From assembly GCA_027319565.1 (NCBI GenBank), contig DAHVNA010000001.1, positions 43,526 through 107,525 of the forward strand: a stretch of DNA of 64,000 nucleotides. Reading direction: 5' to 3'. The stretch comes from Elusimicrobiota bacterium. Its GTDB lineage: Bacteria > Elusimicrobiota > Elusimicrobia > UBA1565 > UBA9628. Shown here one piece after another: positions 37,506-48,480 of this stretch. Every line of letters begins with the position of its first letter. Position 1 is the first letter of the stretch. A model generated the notes under the pieces. It made no database searches. It saw only the letters and a program-made list of their open reading frames with translations, and had not been told where the DNA came from. Both the position numbers and the translations under genes were made by a program.

Positions 37506-39392
37506 CTACAGGCATTTTTCATGCCAGAGTTCGAGCATTAAAAGAGCCCACAGGCGATATCCATGATCGCGCCTTGCGCTCTGATGCTCTTCCCACAGCT
37601 TGAGGAGGGCTTTTTCCGCGAAATATCCGCGCGCAAGAGCTTGCGGACTAAGAACATGGGCTTCCCAGAAATTTTTGAGCGGTCCCCTAAACCATGTTCC
37701 CAGCGGAATCCCAAAGCCCATTTTTTTTCGGTTCAAGATGGAAGGGGGAAGCTTGTCTTTAAAGGCTTCTTTTAAAATCCATTTATGGCCGCGCAGTCCC
37801 TTGAGTTTCCAGTTTCCGGGCAGGCCAAAGACGAGCTCCACGAACTCATGATCCAGAAAGGGCGAGCGCGCCTCGAGAGAATTAGCCATAGAAGCGATGT
37901 CAACCTTGGTCATCAGACACTCCGGAAGGTAGGTCTTAAAATCAACGTAGAGCATCTGATTGACGAAATCTTCTTTCTTTGAGCGTTCAAAATAATCGGC
38001 GAAATAGCGCGCGGCTTGATCTTGGGTCCCAAGGCGCTTTAGAAACTCCGGCTGATAAAGGCCGGTTTTGTCTTCCTCGGAAAAAAATCCGATCATCTTA
38101 AGATGGCGGTGGGAAATATCGCTAAACACGGCGGAGCGGAAAAACCGCTTGAGCCTCCAGAAAAAACCGTAAGGCGCGTCGTATTCCGGAAGATTTTCGG
38201 CGGCGGCTTTAAGCGCGCTTAGGGCGGAAGGCGGCAGATGATCGAAAATTTTTCCCAGTTTCATCGCGAAATAGCGGATGTAACCCGCGAAATTCTCGTC
38301 TCCCCCGTCTCCGTTTAAGGCGACGGTGACATGTTTTCGGGTTTCTTGGGAGACGTAATAAGAAGGAAGAGCGGAGGGATCGGCATAAGGCTCTCCGTAA
38401 TGCCAGGCGAGTTTGGGCAGAATTTCTGCCATCTGGGGCTTGACGATAAATTCGGCGTGTTCGCAGGCGTATTTTTCGGCGATTTGGCGCGCGAAAGGCA
38501 GTTCCGAAAATTCTTTTTCGTCAAAGCCGATGGAAAATGTCTTGACCGGACGGGAAGACAATTCGCTCATCAGGGCGACGACAATTGAAGAATCAATCCC
38601 GCCGGATAAAAACGCGCCAAGAGGGACATCCGCAATCATCCGGAGGCGGACCGATTCTTTGAGTTTTTCTCGGATCTGAATTTGGGCCTCTTGCCAGTCA
38701 ATTTTAAGCGGCGGTTTTCCAAGAGGCAGTTCCCAATACGGTTCGACGCTCGTTTGTCCATTTTGATAAACGAGTTTGTGCCCGGGCGGCAGTTTTTTTA
38801 CCCGCGCATAAATGGTTTGGGGCGAGGGGATATACTGCAGGGATAGAAAAAGATCAATGGCCCCGGGGTTAATTTCTTTCGAGATATTCTCAAGAGCGAA
38901 CAGGCAGCGGAGTTCGGAGGCAAAAGCGATAAAACCGCTGTTTTGGTGGTAGACCAAGGGCTTTTTCCCGATTCGGTCTCTCGCGAGAAGAAGGCGTTTT
39001 TTGGGTTTATCCCAAAGGGCGAAGGCGAACATTCCTCTCAGGCGGGAGAGGCACTCATCCCCCATTTTTTTATAGAGGGCCAAGATGACTTCGGTATCGC
39101 TGTGGGTCTTAAATTGAAAGCCCTCGGCCTCAAGCTCCTGTTTGAGCTCCTGAAAATTATAAATCTCGCCGTTAAAGACAATCCAAAGAGACTCATTGTC
39201 GTAAGACAGAGGCTGATGTCCGGTTTTAAGATCGATGACCGACAAACGCCGCATCGCCAGGCCCAAGCCGCTTTCCAGGTGAAAGCCTTCGTCGTCGGGG
39301 CCGCGATGGGAGATTAAATCGTTGGCGGCTTTAAGGCGGCCGGCGTCGACTATGCGTCCGTCTTGGTAGGCTATTCCACAGATTCCACACAT
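37506..39392 (-). CDS. asnB: Asparagine synthase (glutamine-hydrolysing) family amidotransferase
   Basis: MCGICG, HRGPD, FNGEIYN, LSGGIDSS, EARSPFLD; in a glycan operon, so likely a sugar amidotransferase. Confidence 0.92.
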   Translation of the reverse strand: MCGICGIAYQDGRIVDAGRLKAANDLISHRGPDDEGFHLESGLGLAMRRLSVIDLKTGHQPLSYDNESLWIVFNGEIYNFQELKQELEAEGFQFKTHSDTEVILALYKKMGDECLSRLRGMFAFALWDKPKKRLLLARDRIGKKPLVYHQNSGFIAFASELRCLFALENISKEINPGAIDLFLSLQYIPSPQTIYARVKKLPPGHKLVYQNGQTSVEPYWELPLGKPPLKIDWQEAQIQIREKLKESVRLRMIADVPLGAFLSGGIDSSIVVALMSELSSRPVKTFSIGFDEKEFSELPFARQIAEKYACEHAEFIVKPQMAEILPKLAWHYGEPYADPSALPSYYVSQETRKHVTVALNGDGGDENFAGYIRYFAMKLGKIFDHLPPSALSALKAAAENLPEYDAPYGFFWRLKRFFRSAVFSDISHRHLKMIGFFSEEDKTGLYQPEFLKRLGTQDQAARYFADYFERSKKEDFVNQMLYVDFKTYLPECLMTKVDIASMANSLEARSPFLDHEFVELVFGLPGNWKLKGLRGHKWILKEAFKDKLPPSILNRKKMGFGIPLGTWFRGPLKNFWEAHVLSPQALARGYFAEKALLKLWEEHQSARRDHGYRLWALLMLELWHEKCL

Positions 39393-39393
39393 A

Positions 39394-40551
39394 TTAATGA
39401 GTTAAAGAGAGTCTATATATTGTCTCATAACGTTCGGCGGTTTTATCTATTGAATAAAATTCTTCAACCCGTTTACGGGCAGCTCTTCCCATTTCTTCCG
39501 CTAAGTGCGGATGGGTCAGAAATTTCGATGTTTGAGCTTGAATCTCTTCCTCGCTGTCGGGGCGAAACAAAAAACCGGTCGTTCCGTCGATGACGGCTTC
39601 GGCGTTTCCGCCCACCCGGCTGGCTAAGGCCGCCAGGCCACAGGCCATCGCTTCTAAAAGCGAATTAGACAAGCCTTCCGCCAATGAGGGGAGAACAAAA
39701 ACATCGGCGGCGGGATAAACGGCGGCTAAATTAGTTTGAGGGGGATAAAAATGAACGCGATCTAAGATGCCGGCTTGCTCGGCGGTTTTCCTGATGGCCT
39801 TTTCCTCAAAGCCTTCTCCAAAGAGAGCCAAAGAGGCTGGAATTTTAGCCTTCTTGATCGCTTCCGCCCAGGCGTCGATAAAAAAAGGAAGATGCTTTTG
39901 CGGGGCGAATCTGCCGGTGTAGAGAAAAACGATATCTTCAAGCGGCAATCTCCATTTCGTGCGCAAAACCTTTTTTGCCGTAGATGAGGGGCGAAATTTT
40001 CGTAGGTCCACCCCATTGGGAATTCTCTGAATGGAAACTTCGCCCAGGTATTTTTTTGCTTCCATTTCTTGTTCGAGAGTCAGCGCGATAAAAGACGGTC
40101 GAAGCAGTTTTAATAGCAGAATTTTTATTTTGCCCAGGAGAGTTTGAGAGGACATTTTCAATTCTCCGAATTCTCCGGCGGCGCCCAGTTTGATAAAGAC
40201 CGGCTTTCGAAAAATTTTTCCTAAAAACGCCGCGGCCAGAGCCGGAGAACTCGCCAGATGGGCGTGAAAAATATCGTAAGAGCGCGCGTTCAAAATTAAG
40301 CGCCAAGAAAGAGAAATCATAAAGCTTAACGAATTTAAAAGTCCGGAGCCAAAACAGCGCAACCGATAAACGGAAATCCCGTTGATTTCCTCAAAACTCT
40401 TAAGTCCTTTCTTTCTTTGAGTGAAAACCGAAACCTTAATTCCCCGATTTTTAAGCGAACTTGCCAATGTCAGCGCTTGCCTTTCGGCTCCGCCAATATG
40501 AGGGTAGAAGTTGGCGCTGATCATTAAAATCGAAAAAGAGGTCTCGGCCAT
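39394..40551 (-). CDS. Glycosyltransferase family 4
   Basis: GGAERQ, IPNGVD, EGLSNSLLEAMACG. Confidence 0.9.
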   Translation of the reverse strand: MAETSFSILMISANFYPHIGGAERQALTLASSLKNRGIKVSVFTQRKKGLKSFEEINGISVYRLRCFGSGLLNSLSFMISLSWRLILNARSYDIFHAHLASSPALAAAFLGKIFRKPVFIKLGAAGEFGELKMSSQTLLGKIKILLLKLLRPSFIALTLEQEMEAKKYLGEVSIQRIPNGVDLRKFRPSSTAKKVLRTKWRLPLEDIVFLYTGRFAPQKHLPFFIDAWAEAIKKAKIPASLALFGEGFEEKAIRKTAEQAGILDRVHFYPPQTNLAAVYPAADVFVLPSLAEGLSNSLLEAMACGLAALASRVGGNAEAVIDGTTGFLFRPDSEEEIQAQTSKFLTHPHLAEEMGRAARKRVEEFYSIDKTAERYETIYRLSLTH

Positions 40552-41543
40552 TAATTTTTTTCCTTGAGGACGCTGGTTTGAGCGGAGATGTCGGCCAGCG
40601 AAAATCCTATTTGTGAAAGACAAAAAAGACCGAAGAAAGTCACCGTTAAATACATGGCCGCATGGGTCAAGAGGGCGAAAGCCAGCGAAGAATCGAGGGG
40701 AGTTTTGAGCTTGAGCATGATATTTTCAACCAGGACCTCAAAAGCGCCGAAACTTCCCGGAGCGGCGGGCAAGGCCGAGGCAGCGGCGGCCCAGGACAAA
40801 ACCAAGATAGAACCCGGATATCCGAGAGAAATTCCTAGGGCCTTGGCCCCGGTCCAGTAGGTCAATGCGTCGGCGCACCACAGGGCAAGGCTTAAGGCAA
40901 CGCAGATCGAGGCGGTTTTTATATTTTTAAGCGCGGCGGCTCCGTTAAAGAGACCTTCAAACATCTCGGAAACCTTGGGCCATCGGGAAAAATAACGGTT
41001 GACTAGCGAGATTAAAAAATTCTTTTTTTCCTCGGCAAAGATTAAAAAAATCAGTCCGCCAATGGTGAGAAAAAGAAAGAAGAGGACGGAGTGGCGCAGC
41101 GTTTGCGGGACTAGCTTGGGATAAAAAGGCGCGACCATGGTAAAAAGAAAAAGCAAGGAGGCTAAATCGAGAACTCGTTCGATGGCGACGCTAGACAGGC
41201 TTGCGCTTAAGGGAATTTCTAATTCCCGGCCGGCTAAAACCGCGCGCGCAAGTTCCCCTAAACGCATGAAAAGGACATTATTGACGGCAAGTCCCGCGGC
41301 CTCCAAACAGAGAAGCTTGGCCGGAGACGCTTGCGGACTGACAAAGAAAAGAAGGGCTTTCCATCTCAACGCGCGGATAAAGAGATCGAGAAATATGATA
41401 GATAACATGGCTAATATCCATTGCGGGCGGGCGCGGGCGAGAATTTCTAAAAGAGCGGGCAGCGGCACATGCCGAAACGCCAGCCAAATAAACAGGGCGC
41501 TCAAGGAAATCGAGAGAACCACGAATAGATGCCGGCGATTCAT
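40551..41543 (-). CDS. LPG-synthase TM / UPF0104 flippase-like protein
   Basis: RALRWK, RLGELAR, ERVLD, PAAPGSFGAFE. Confidence 0.85.
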   Translation of the reverse strand: MNRRHLFVVLSISLSALFIWLAFRHVPLPALLEILARARPQWILAMLSIIFLDLFIRALRWKALLFFVSPQASPAKLLCLEAAGLAVNNVLFMRLGELARAVLAGRELEIPLSASLSSVAIERVLDLASLLFLFTMVAPFYPKLVPQTLRHSVLFFLFLTIGGLIFLIFAEEKKNFLISLVNRYFSRWPKVSEMFEGLFNGAAALKNIKTASICVALSLALWCADALTYWTGAKALGISLGYPGSILVLSWAAAASALPAAPGSFGAFEVLVENIMLKLKTPLDSSLAFALLTHAAMYLTVTFFGLFCLSQIGFSLADISAQTSVLKEKN

Positions 41544-43372
41544 GGGATTTTTAATACGAGAGAAAACCAAATGAGCCAGGCGGCCATTGAAATCAGAATT
41601 AAGATGGTCCAATAGTTGGGACAATAGATAAAGTCGACGCTGAAAGCGCCTGAGGCTTTTGCGGGTTTAACAACCAGGGAGAGAAATCCATTCCAGGAAA
41701 CAATGGAAGTTTTTTTGCCGTTCCAATAAGCTTGCCAATTGCGATAAAAAGGTTCGGAAACAACCAGGGCTTTGGCCGTTTCATTCACCTCCCCGGAAAT
41801 CCGCCAATGGTTTTCATTGAGGATGTTGAGCGCGGGATTTCCCGGAAGACGTTGTTTTTCTTGATTGACAAAATAGGCGAGAGAATTGGGAGGCGAGACG
41901 GAGATAATCGAATCTGGTTTGAGAAAAACCCAATTGACTCCCAAATCCTTCATTTCCGGGGTGTCCCACTTTTGCAGATAACTTCGGCTGGCATCCGCGG
42001 CGGGACGGCCTTCGCTTCTAAAAGCGTAATCCGGAAATCCTTTAAGATAAAAGGCCTCATAACCATTGACGTTCATTACATGATACATCATCGCCTTGTC
42101 GGGGTTTCCAATAGCGGGGGAGATTAAAACCCTTCCTGGTTTCCCCGATAACGTTTGCGCGAAAAAATGGTGAGGCCGAAGATAAGGTGCGGCGTCTTGG
42201 GCCTTAACCAAGTCGCGGTTTAAGATTAAAAGCTGAAAGAAAGACAGCGCGGCTAAAATAGCGAGCGGAACTTGAGCGGATTTTTTGAAAGATTTTAAAG
42301 CGCTTCCAGCGGCACAAAAAAATCCCCAGAGGCACAGAAAAGAAAAGCGAGAAGGCGTTCTTAAAAAGTGAAGCGGCGTATGCGATAAAAGCCATGGATA
42401 GGCCGGGTTGTGTCGCCCAAGGGCCAAGAAAATTCCAGTGGCGATGAGAAGAGAAAAAAAACTAAACGGTTTTTTTAAGACTCCAAGTCCGGCCAGCAAA
42501 AGGACAATGAGCCCGGGAAAAGCGGAAGAGTTTTCCAAAATGACCGACACCGGCGTTGTCGCGTTCATGAGTCCTTTAAGCCCAAGTCCTGGCCATATCC
42601 AAGAGAGAAATTCTTTTTTGTCCACCGAATACCCGAGAGAATAAAGAAGCGTCCAATTCTCGCGAATGGAATGAAAGAGAAATTGTGCGGTCATCACCCA
42701 TTGGATGGAAGCTAAAAAGGCCGCAAAGGCGGAAGAGAGAAGAAATGTTTTGAGTAGCTCTTTGTGAAACTTGGAAAAACACGCCCATAAAAGCATCGCA
42801 AAGGCGTTGATGATCATGAATTGGGGATGGCCTGAAAAAAATTGAAGAGCCCAAATTCCGGACAGGAGAATTTTATTCTGAAAGAGAAAAGCGGTCCAAG
42901 CCCACGGCACCCAAGCGAGAGAAGCGAGAATGGTCGGAATGCCTTCGGCGATTCGACCGGTTAAAAACGGGCAGAGCCCGTAGGAAATTCCCAGAATCCA
43001 AGCGGCTTCGGACTTGAGTCCTTGGGATTTTCCTAAAAGAGCCATTCCGAGTCCCGCCCACCATAGATGAAAAAGATTTTCAAAAGAGAAGGAAAAAAGA
43101 AGCGGAAAAATTTTACCGACGACGGCCAGGGGATAAAAAAGGGCGGCTTGCGAATTAGCCGCCAAGGGAACTCCGCCAAAAATATAAGGATTCCAAAAAG
43201 GGAATTGCCCTTTTTGAAGGCAGTTGAGAGCGGTTTCCCGGAGGGGATAATGGTAAAAATAGAGGTCTCCGAAATTGAAAAGCCCGGTATGCGGAGTCCA
43301 CCAGGAAAATCCCGGTAGAAATAAGATTAAAAGAGACCAGAGAAATAAAAAAACAAAATCTTTCTTTGTCAT
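41540..43372 (-). CDS. YfhO-like multi-TM (GT-C) protein
   Basis: DLYFYHYP, PFWNPYIFGGVP, GHPQ, C-terminal EPFYRNWQAY. Confidence 0.75.
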   Translation of the reverse strand: MTKKDFVFLFLWSLLILFLPGFSWWTPHTGLFNFGDLYFYHYPLRETALNCLQKGQFPFWNPYIFGGVPLAANSQAALFYPLAVVGKIFPLLFSFSFENLFHLWWAGLGMALLGKSQGLKSEAAWILGISYGLCPFLTGRIAEGIPTILASLAWVPWAWTAFLFQNKILLSGIWALQFFSGHPQFMIINAFAMLLWACFSKFHKELLKTFLLSSAFAAFLASIQWVMTAQFLFHSIRENWTLLYSLGYSVDKKEFLSWIWPGLGLKGLMNATTPVSVILENSSAFPGLIVLLLAGLGVLKKPFSFFSLLIATGIFLALGRHNPAYPWLLSHTPLHFLRTPSRFSFLCLWGFFCAAGSALKSFKKSAQVPLAILAALSFFQLLILNRDLVKAQDAAPYLRPHHFFAQTLSGKPGRVLISPAIGNPDKAMMYHVMNVNGYEAFYLKGFPDYAFRSEGRPAADASRSYLQKWDTPEMKDLGVNWVFLKPDSIISVSPPNSLAYFVNQEKQRLPGNPALNILNENHWRISGEVNETAKALVVSEPFYRNWQAYWNGKKTSIVSWNGFLSLVVKPAKASGAFSVDFIYCPNYWTILILISMAAWLIWFSLVLKIP

Positions 43373-44079
43373 TTTCCTAGAACGGCCAAACGCAAAATCC
43401 AGAAATACCCATAGGCCAATTTCCCCAGATTAAGTTTTGAAAATCCCATCTTTCGATCGACAAAGCGAATCGGTATCTCTTGTATCTTGATTTTTTTGCG
43501 CGCGGCTCTAAAGAGAGCTTCGTGGACGATGGCAGGGCCGCGGGCGCGCAGGCTTTGAGGCTCTATCGCTTGAAGGGCCTTTCGGCTCCAGGCACGGTAT
43601 CCGGAATTGGCGTCTTTAACGTTAATTCTAAGAAGAGAGCGGGCATAGAAATTAGCCCAACGGGTTAAAATCTGCCGCCCCTTAGGGCGTTCAGTGTCGG
43701 AGCCGCCTTGAATAAAACGAGAACCGATGACCAGTTCTGAATTTTCAAGGGCCTTGAGCATTTGCGGGATGGACTTGGGATCGTGGGAAAAATCCGCGTC
43801 CATTTCGATGGCGGCGTCAAAATTTTTTTCTAGCGCGTAGAGAAAAAGATCCCGTCCCGCGGCTCCGCGACCATAGGGCGGCTTTCGCTTTAATATCGAA
43901 ATTAAAGGATAGCGATTTCGGAGATTTTCGGCGATTTTGGCGGTATTGTCCGGGCTTGCGTCGTCGGCAATCAATATTTCAAGTCCGGGAATTTGGAGAG
44001 AAAAAATTTCTTCTATTAAATGCGCGATATTTTCCGATTCGCAATAAGTGGGAATGCAAACGAGAACCCGGGAATTCAT
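43369..44079 (-). CDS. GT2 polyprenol-phosphate glycosyltransferase (DPM1-like)
   Basis: IPTYCE, DDASPDNT, EMDADFSHDP, GSRF, DANSGYR. Confidence 0.88.
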   Translation of the reverse strand: MNSRVLVCIPTYCESENIAHLIEEIFSLQIPGLEILIADDASPDNTAKIAENLRNRYPLISILKRKPPYGRGAAGRDLFLYALEKNFDAAIEMDADFSHDPKSIPQMLKALENSELVIGSRFIQGGSDTERPKGRQILTRWANFYARSLLRINVKDANSGYRAWSRKALQAIEPQSLRARGPAIVHEALFRAARKKIKIQEIPIRFVDRKMGFSKLNLGKLAYGYFWILRLAVLGK

Positions 44080-45086
44080 ATGAGACGCTTGACAGCAGAG
44101 AATACCCGGGACTCTGAAATCGTGTTGAGGCAGCTGTTCTCTCTTGAGCAGTGAGGGCGGTAAAAGCAATCGCAGGGCTGGGCGACTATTTTTTCTCCTT
44201 GGCCGAAGACATCGAGTTCGGATGAAGAGGTCGGCCCAATGAGAACCAGGACCTTTTTTTTAAGAGCCGTCGCTATATGAAAGGCGAGACTGTCGGTGGT
44301 AATCAGGATTTCGCAAAAGTCGATCAAGGCGGCAAAGGCTTTAATGGGCATGGGGGGCGGCACTATGACGCCACTCAAGCCTTTTGAGATCGTCTTATTC
44401 CGTTTCTTTTCTTCCCGGCCTCCCAAGAGAAGAATTGGTTTTTTAAGCGCGGATAATTTTTTTAAAATCTCCCGCGATTTTGCCACAGACAATTCTTTGG
44501 AAGGCCATCGGCTTCCTGCTCCGGGGTTAAACCCGATGGCGCCGCCGCTAAGAGAATGTTTCCTCGCGAAATTGAAGGCGGTTTTTCGCTCGGATTCCGT
44601 TAGAAAAATTTGCGGGCGAGCGATTTCGCTTTTTTTAAACCGCGACAGGCCTAAAATGGAGAGCCACAGATCGAAAAAGGTTTTCCGGTTGAGCCGTTTA
44701 AGATTATCGGCTTTCTTTTTGTCGGGGTTTAAAAGGCTCATTTGATAATAGGGGGCGCTGTCATCGGTATAGGATAATTTTCCATCTTTAACGATTACCC
44801 CGGTGATTTTTGGGGAAAAGGATTCTTGGGCGGTTTGGGCGAGGGCTTTGTCTTCTTCAAGGCTGAGCGTCCAGTCAAATTTTTGCGCGATCTGTCTTGG
44901 AGCGGTGAAAATCTTTTCAATCAAGGGGTTTTGCGCGAGAAGGAACTTTGCTTCTTTTGAAGTCAACCAGAAAATTCTCGCGCGATAAGCGCAAGACAAG
45001 GGCCGAAGTAGAGCCGTTGTCCGCAATACGTCGCCCAAGGCTCCGGTTTTAACGATCAAAATCGTGATTTGTTTTTTTCTTCTCAA
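44076..45086 (-). CDS. Glycosyltransferase family 9 (heptosyltransferase-like)
   Basis: GALGDVLRT, NPGAG..WPSK, TDSLAFHIATA, GPTS; TTG start overlapping the upstream stop inferred. Confidence 0.85.
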   Translation of the reverse strand: MRRKKQITILIVKTGALGDVLRTTALLRPLSCAYRARIFWLTSKEAKFLLAQNPLIEKIFTAPRQIAQKFDWTLSLEEDKALAQTAQESFSPKITGVIVKDGKLSYTDDSAPYYQMSLLNPDKKKADNLKRLNRKTFFDLWLSILGLSRFKKSEIARPQIFLTESERKTAFNFARKHSLSGGAIGFNPGAGSRWPSKELSVAKSREILKKLSALKKPILLLGGREEKKRNKTISKGLSGVIVPPPMPIKAFAALIDFCEILITTDSLAFHIATALKKKVLVLIGPTSSSELDVFGQGEKIVAQPCDCFYRPHCSRENSCLNTISESRVFSAVKRLI

Positions 45087-47038
45087 TGCCTTAATTCTCT
45101 CATTTTGCTGGCGGCGTAGAAAAATAAAAAGATGAACGAAAAAACGGTAATGAGAATTCCCCGCCAAACGGCGTCGGAATCATAAACCAGAAACAGAGCG
45201 GACCAGCCTTGGGGAACTTCTATTTTTTGAAACGCCTTTAAGGCCGGCTGGCTGGCAATGGGCCTGGTCGCCCCAGAAGCTTTTAAATATCCCTTCCATC
45301 CTGGATAGCGGGCTTCGGAGAGAAATACCCAGCCCGGGCGACCGTTGCCCGATATTTGATACCCATTTGCGTTTTTTAAATTCTCGACCTTGAGAGGCTC
45401 AAGCGCGATATCAGGCTTTGGAATGGCCAGTCCCGCGGGAAAAAAGTTCCCGGCTTGAGGGGAAAGAAAATAGGCGCGGCTTAAATTTTTTGATGAGACA
45501 ATTTCATACCTTTGCCAGACCAAGAGACCTTGATATTGGAGGCTTCGGGTTTGGGGAATTTTTGACGGGCTCAGCAGATATCGGATATCGGCCCAGGGCA
45601 TGATTTTTTGGGCGTGATGAAGGCCGTTTGAGCCGTAGAGAAAATCCATCAGGGCGTAGTTGTCCGCCGGAACGAGCGGTTGACCGAAATTTCCCGCCGC
45701 GGATAACTCAAAGGGGGAATTGGTCAGCCCGTAGAGGCGGCTTTTCCAATCGTAGATTCCTTGTCCCGATGTTTTTTCAAGAGCGAGCGGAGAGAGAAGG
45801 TAGCGGTTTGAACCTAAATTATTTTGCAGAAATTCCACCAGAGGACCTTTGTAGGGAAAAAATGAGAAAGGCTCAAGCGGGAAGGCCTTAAAAGCGTAGA
45901 AGGAAAGTTCCGCGGCCAGCAACACAGCCGGAAGGCAAGGAGAAACCTTAGGGATATCAATGATTCGCTGGGCGCCCAGAGCGGCGGCGAGAGCGGCCGG
46001 AACCAAGATGAGATAAGAAATGTTTCCGGGATAACGAATGAATCTTAGAAAAGGGATATGAATCCAAAGATAAGAAGAAAAAGCGTTGGCGCCAGCCAGG
46101 CTAAGAATGAGAATCAAGGATATCCATAAAAGCCAAAAGATTTTCTTTTTTAAAGGCATTTGGCTCAAACCCAGCAGGACTAAAAAAAATCCGCTGAAGC
46201 CGGCGTAAAGGCATGTCCACCAATTGACGGCGGGATTAAAACGGCTGAGCCCGCTTAAAGCCGGACTAATCCACTGAAGAAGATCAAGCGCTCGCAAATG
46301 AAATTGAAAGGCTTCCGCTTGAGTGATCCCCAAAGCTCTAACGGAATTTTGAAAGAGTTCGCTCGCGGGCACAAGAAGCGCGGCGGAAAAGCCAAGGGAG
46401 AAAACGCAGCCCGCTAAAAGCCGCAGCGAGGTCTCCAAGAATTTTCGTCGTGTCGTTAAGACAAGCAAAATGCTTGAAAAAACAGCTCCGGCCAAAAAAG
46501 GAGGATAGCCCGCGAAAAAAACGGCGCTAAGAGTCAAAGCGAAAAAAATTGGAATATCCAAAAATAAAAATAAGCCTGGAAACAATGAAAAAGAAGAAAG
46601 GTGATTGAGAAAGGGTTCGCGGCTGATGGCGATTCCGCTGAATCCCCAAATGAGTCCGGCGCAGAGGCTTGCGGGATGGGAAAAACCCAGCGAGCGAATC
46701 CATAAGTAACATAAAAAACAGGCGAGCCAGTAATGCAGGATATGAAACAGAAAAAGAGCCGCCGGAAATTTAAAGAAATCAAAAATAATGGAGGCGGGAT
46801 AGTAGAGACCGTCCTGCATGGCGGCGGCTTGCGGCATCCCGAAATAAAGATAGGGATTCCAAAGAGGCAAGCGCCCAGTCATTAATTCTTGACTGTCAAA
46901 GATTCTCCACGGATGCTGAAGATAGGTCAAATCTCCCCAAAAAGGGGATAGTCCCCTTATAAAGGGAAACAAGAATGGGGGCAAACATATAAAGGCAAAA
47001 AAAATCGCGGCCCGCGCGTAAGAGTTGTTTCGATTCAT
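45083..47038 (-). CDS. YfhO-like multi-TM (GT-C) protein
   Basis: GDLTYLQHP, PLWNPYLYFGMP, SEARYPGWK; paralogous to 41540-43372. Confidence 0.75.
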   Translation of the reverse strand: MNRNNSYARAAIFFAFICLPPFLFPFIRGLSPFWGDLTYLQHPWRIFDSQELMTGRLPLWNPYLYFGMPQAAAMQDGLYYPASIIFDFFKFPAALFLFHILHYWLACFLCYLWIRSLGFSHPASLCAGLIWGFSGIAISREPFLNHLSSFSLFPGLFLFLDIPIFFALTLSAVFFAGYPPFLAGAVFSSILLVLTTRRKFLETSLRLLAGCVFSLGFSAALLVPASELFQNSVRALGITQAEAFQFHLRALDLLQWISPALSGLSRFNPAVNWWTCLYAGFSGFFLVLLGLSQMPLKKKIFWLLWISLILILSLAGANAFSSYLWIHIPFLRFIRYPGNISYLILVPAALAAALGAQRIIDIPKVSPCLPAVLLAAELSFYAFKAFPLEPFSFFPYKGPLVEFLQNNLGSNRYLLSPLALEKTSGQGIYDWKSRLYGLTNSPFELSAAGNFGQPLVPADNYALMDFLYGSNGLHHAQKIMPWADIRYLLSPSKIPQTRSLQYQGLLVWQRYEIVSSKNLSRAYFLSPQAGNFFPAGLAIPKPDIALEPLKVENLKNANGYQISGNGRPGWVFLSEARYPGWKGYLKASGATRPIASQPALKAFQKIEVPQGWSALFLVYDSDAVWRGILITVFSFIFLFFYAASKMRELRH

Positions 47039-48477
47039 GGGCAGGGAAGATGAAGGGCTTTAAGAGAGTCGCTTTGGGCTTCTGTGGGGTTGCCGCTAAT
47101 CTGCTCAAGGCTAGAGAGTGCCTTCCAATTGGAGGCGCGGCAGGGATTTTCTTGGGCGGCTTTTTTCCAATGGCGAATGGCGCTTAAGAGTTCCAGTTGA
47201 GAATGCGGGGATTTCTCTTGGGAGGAGCGAAAATCAATTTCGGCGACCAGTCTTTCAACGTCGGCATCCGGAGCCCAAAGAAGAGATTTTAGAAATTCTT
47301 GGCGGACCTCCGCTATTGGCGCATGACGGTTGAAAAGGGAGATTCCTTCCACCTTAAGTCTTTCTTCATTCCAGCGTGCCCAGGCCGGCTTAACCAAAAT
47401 TGCGGTTAGGATTAAGATAAATATTGCCAGAGGAAATCTAAAATTGCCGAGCGGATTTAATTCTGGAGGTTGAGAAACTTCGGAAGCGGCCAAATAGCAG
47501 AAAATAAAAAAGATAGCGGGAACAGAAAGAGAATAGTCCCAAAATCCAAGGATCAAAGCGGCAACAATAGCCAGGCGCTTCATGGGGGCCTTAGGGAGGA
47601 TGAGAAAAATTCCTGCCAGAAAAACAATCAGATAGGGCATTCCGCATTCCGCCGCCGTTTGGAGATAAAACTGATGGGCGTAGATTGAGCGCAGTAAATG
47701 CCCTGAGAGTTCAACGGGAATTATATAGGTTAAAACCCCGGGGCCGACTCCGAGCCAAGGCCTTTGGGCGATAGCGCGCAAGGCCGCCTGCCACCACATC
47801 CAGCGATTTTGAAAATCAAAAGCGGGTTTTTTTGCGATTAACACGAGACAGAGAGTGAAGATAAAAAAAGCGAGCAATTTTATCTTCCGGGGCATTTGCT
47901 TTTGAAAAATGAGCGCGGCGGTGGCGAGGCTAAACCATGCCCCGACGCTTTTGGTCGCCAGCAGCATCAGAGTTAAACACGCGGCTAAAAATACGCGCTT
48001 TTGTTCCCAAGCCAAAGGCAGCAAAAGAACGATAAAGGAAGCAAAGATATTGGCGTTTGGAAAAAAAGAGGCGACTTCTAAATGCCTAAAAATGAAAATT
48101 TGAACGGCGGCGTAGGCGCAGAGAATGTAGACGCTAAAAAAAATCGCTTGGTCAATTTTAGCGCGTGCACTTGGGGAAAGCGGCGACAAAAGGGGAATAA
48201 TCCATAGCCCCAAAACAAGAGATCTCCACGCGATTAAAGCTTGCACCGGAATTGGGGAAAGGAAAGCTGAAACAAAAGAGATTAGGCTTAGAAATATCGC
48301 CCATAGCAATAATGGAATTGGGGGCATTTGAGCAGCATCATTCCAGACGCGCCTTGAAATTTCAATTCCCAGGATTAGAACAGCCAAGAAAAAAACAAGA
48401 GACGCTTCTTGTTGCGTGATCAGACCGCCGAGAATAGGGCTAAGAGAAAGTAAACCCGCTAGCCAAAGAACAAGCAC
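47035..48477 (-). CDS. O-antigen ligase / O-oligosaccharyltransferase family (Wzy_C) protein
   Basis: FPNANIFA, R..WWQAAL....PWLGVGPG, AHQFYLQ..AECG; helical C-terminal tail. Confidence 0.75.
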   Translation of the reverse strand: MLVLWLAGLLSLSPILGGLITQQEASLVFFLAVLILGIEISRRVWNDAAQMPPIPLLLWAIFLSLISFVSAFLSPIPVQALIAWRSLVLGLWIIPLLSPLSPSARAKIDQAIFFSVYILCAYAAVQIFIFRHLEVASFFPNANIFASFIVLLLPLAWEQKRVFLAACLTLMLLATKSVGAWFSLATAALIFQKQMPRKIKLLAFFIFTLCLVLIAKKPAFDFQNRWMWWQAALRAIAQRPWLGVGPGVLTYIIPVELSGHLLRSIYAHQFYLQTAAECGMPYLIVFLAGIFLILPKAPMKRLAIVAALILGFWDYSLSVPAIFFIFCYLAASEVSQPPELNPLGNFRFPLAIFILILTAILVKPAWARWNEERLKVEGISLFNRHAPIAEVRQEFLKSLLWAPDADVERLVAEIDFRSSQEKSPHSQLELLSAIRHWKKAAQENPCRASNWKALSSLEQISGNPTEAQSDSLKALHLPCP

Positions 48478-48480
48478 CGA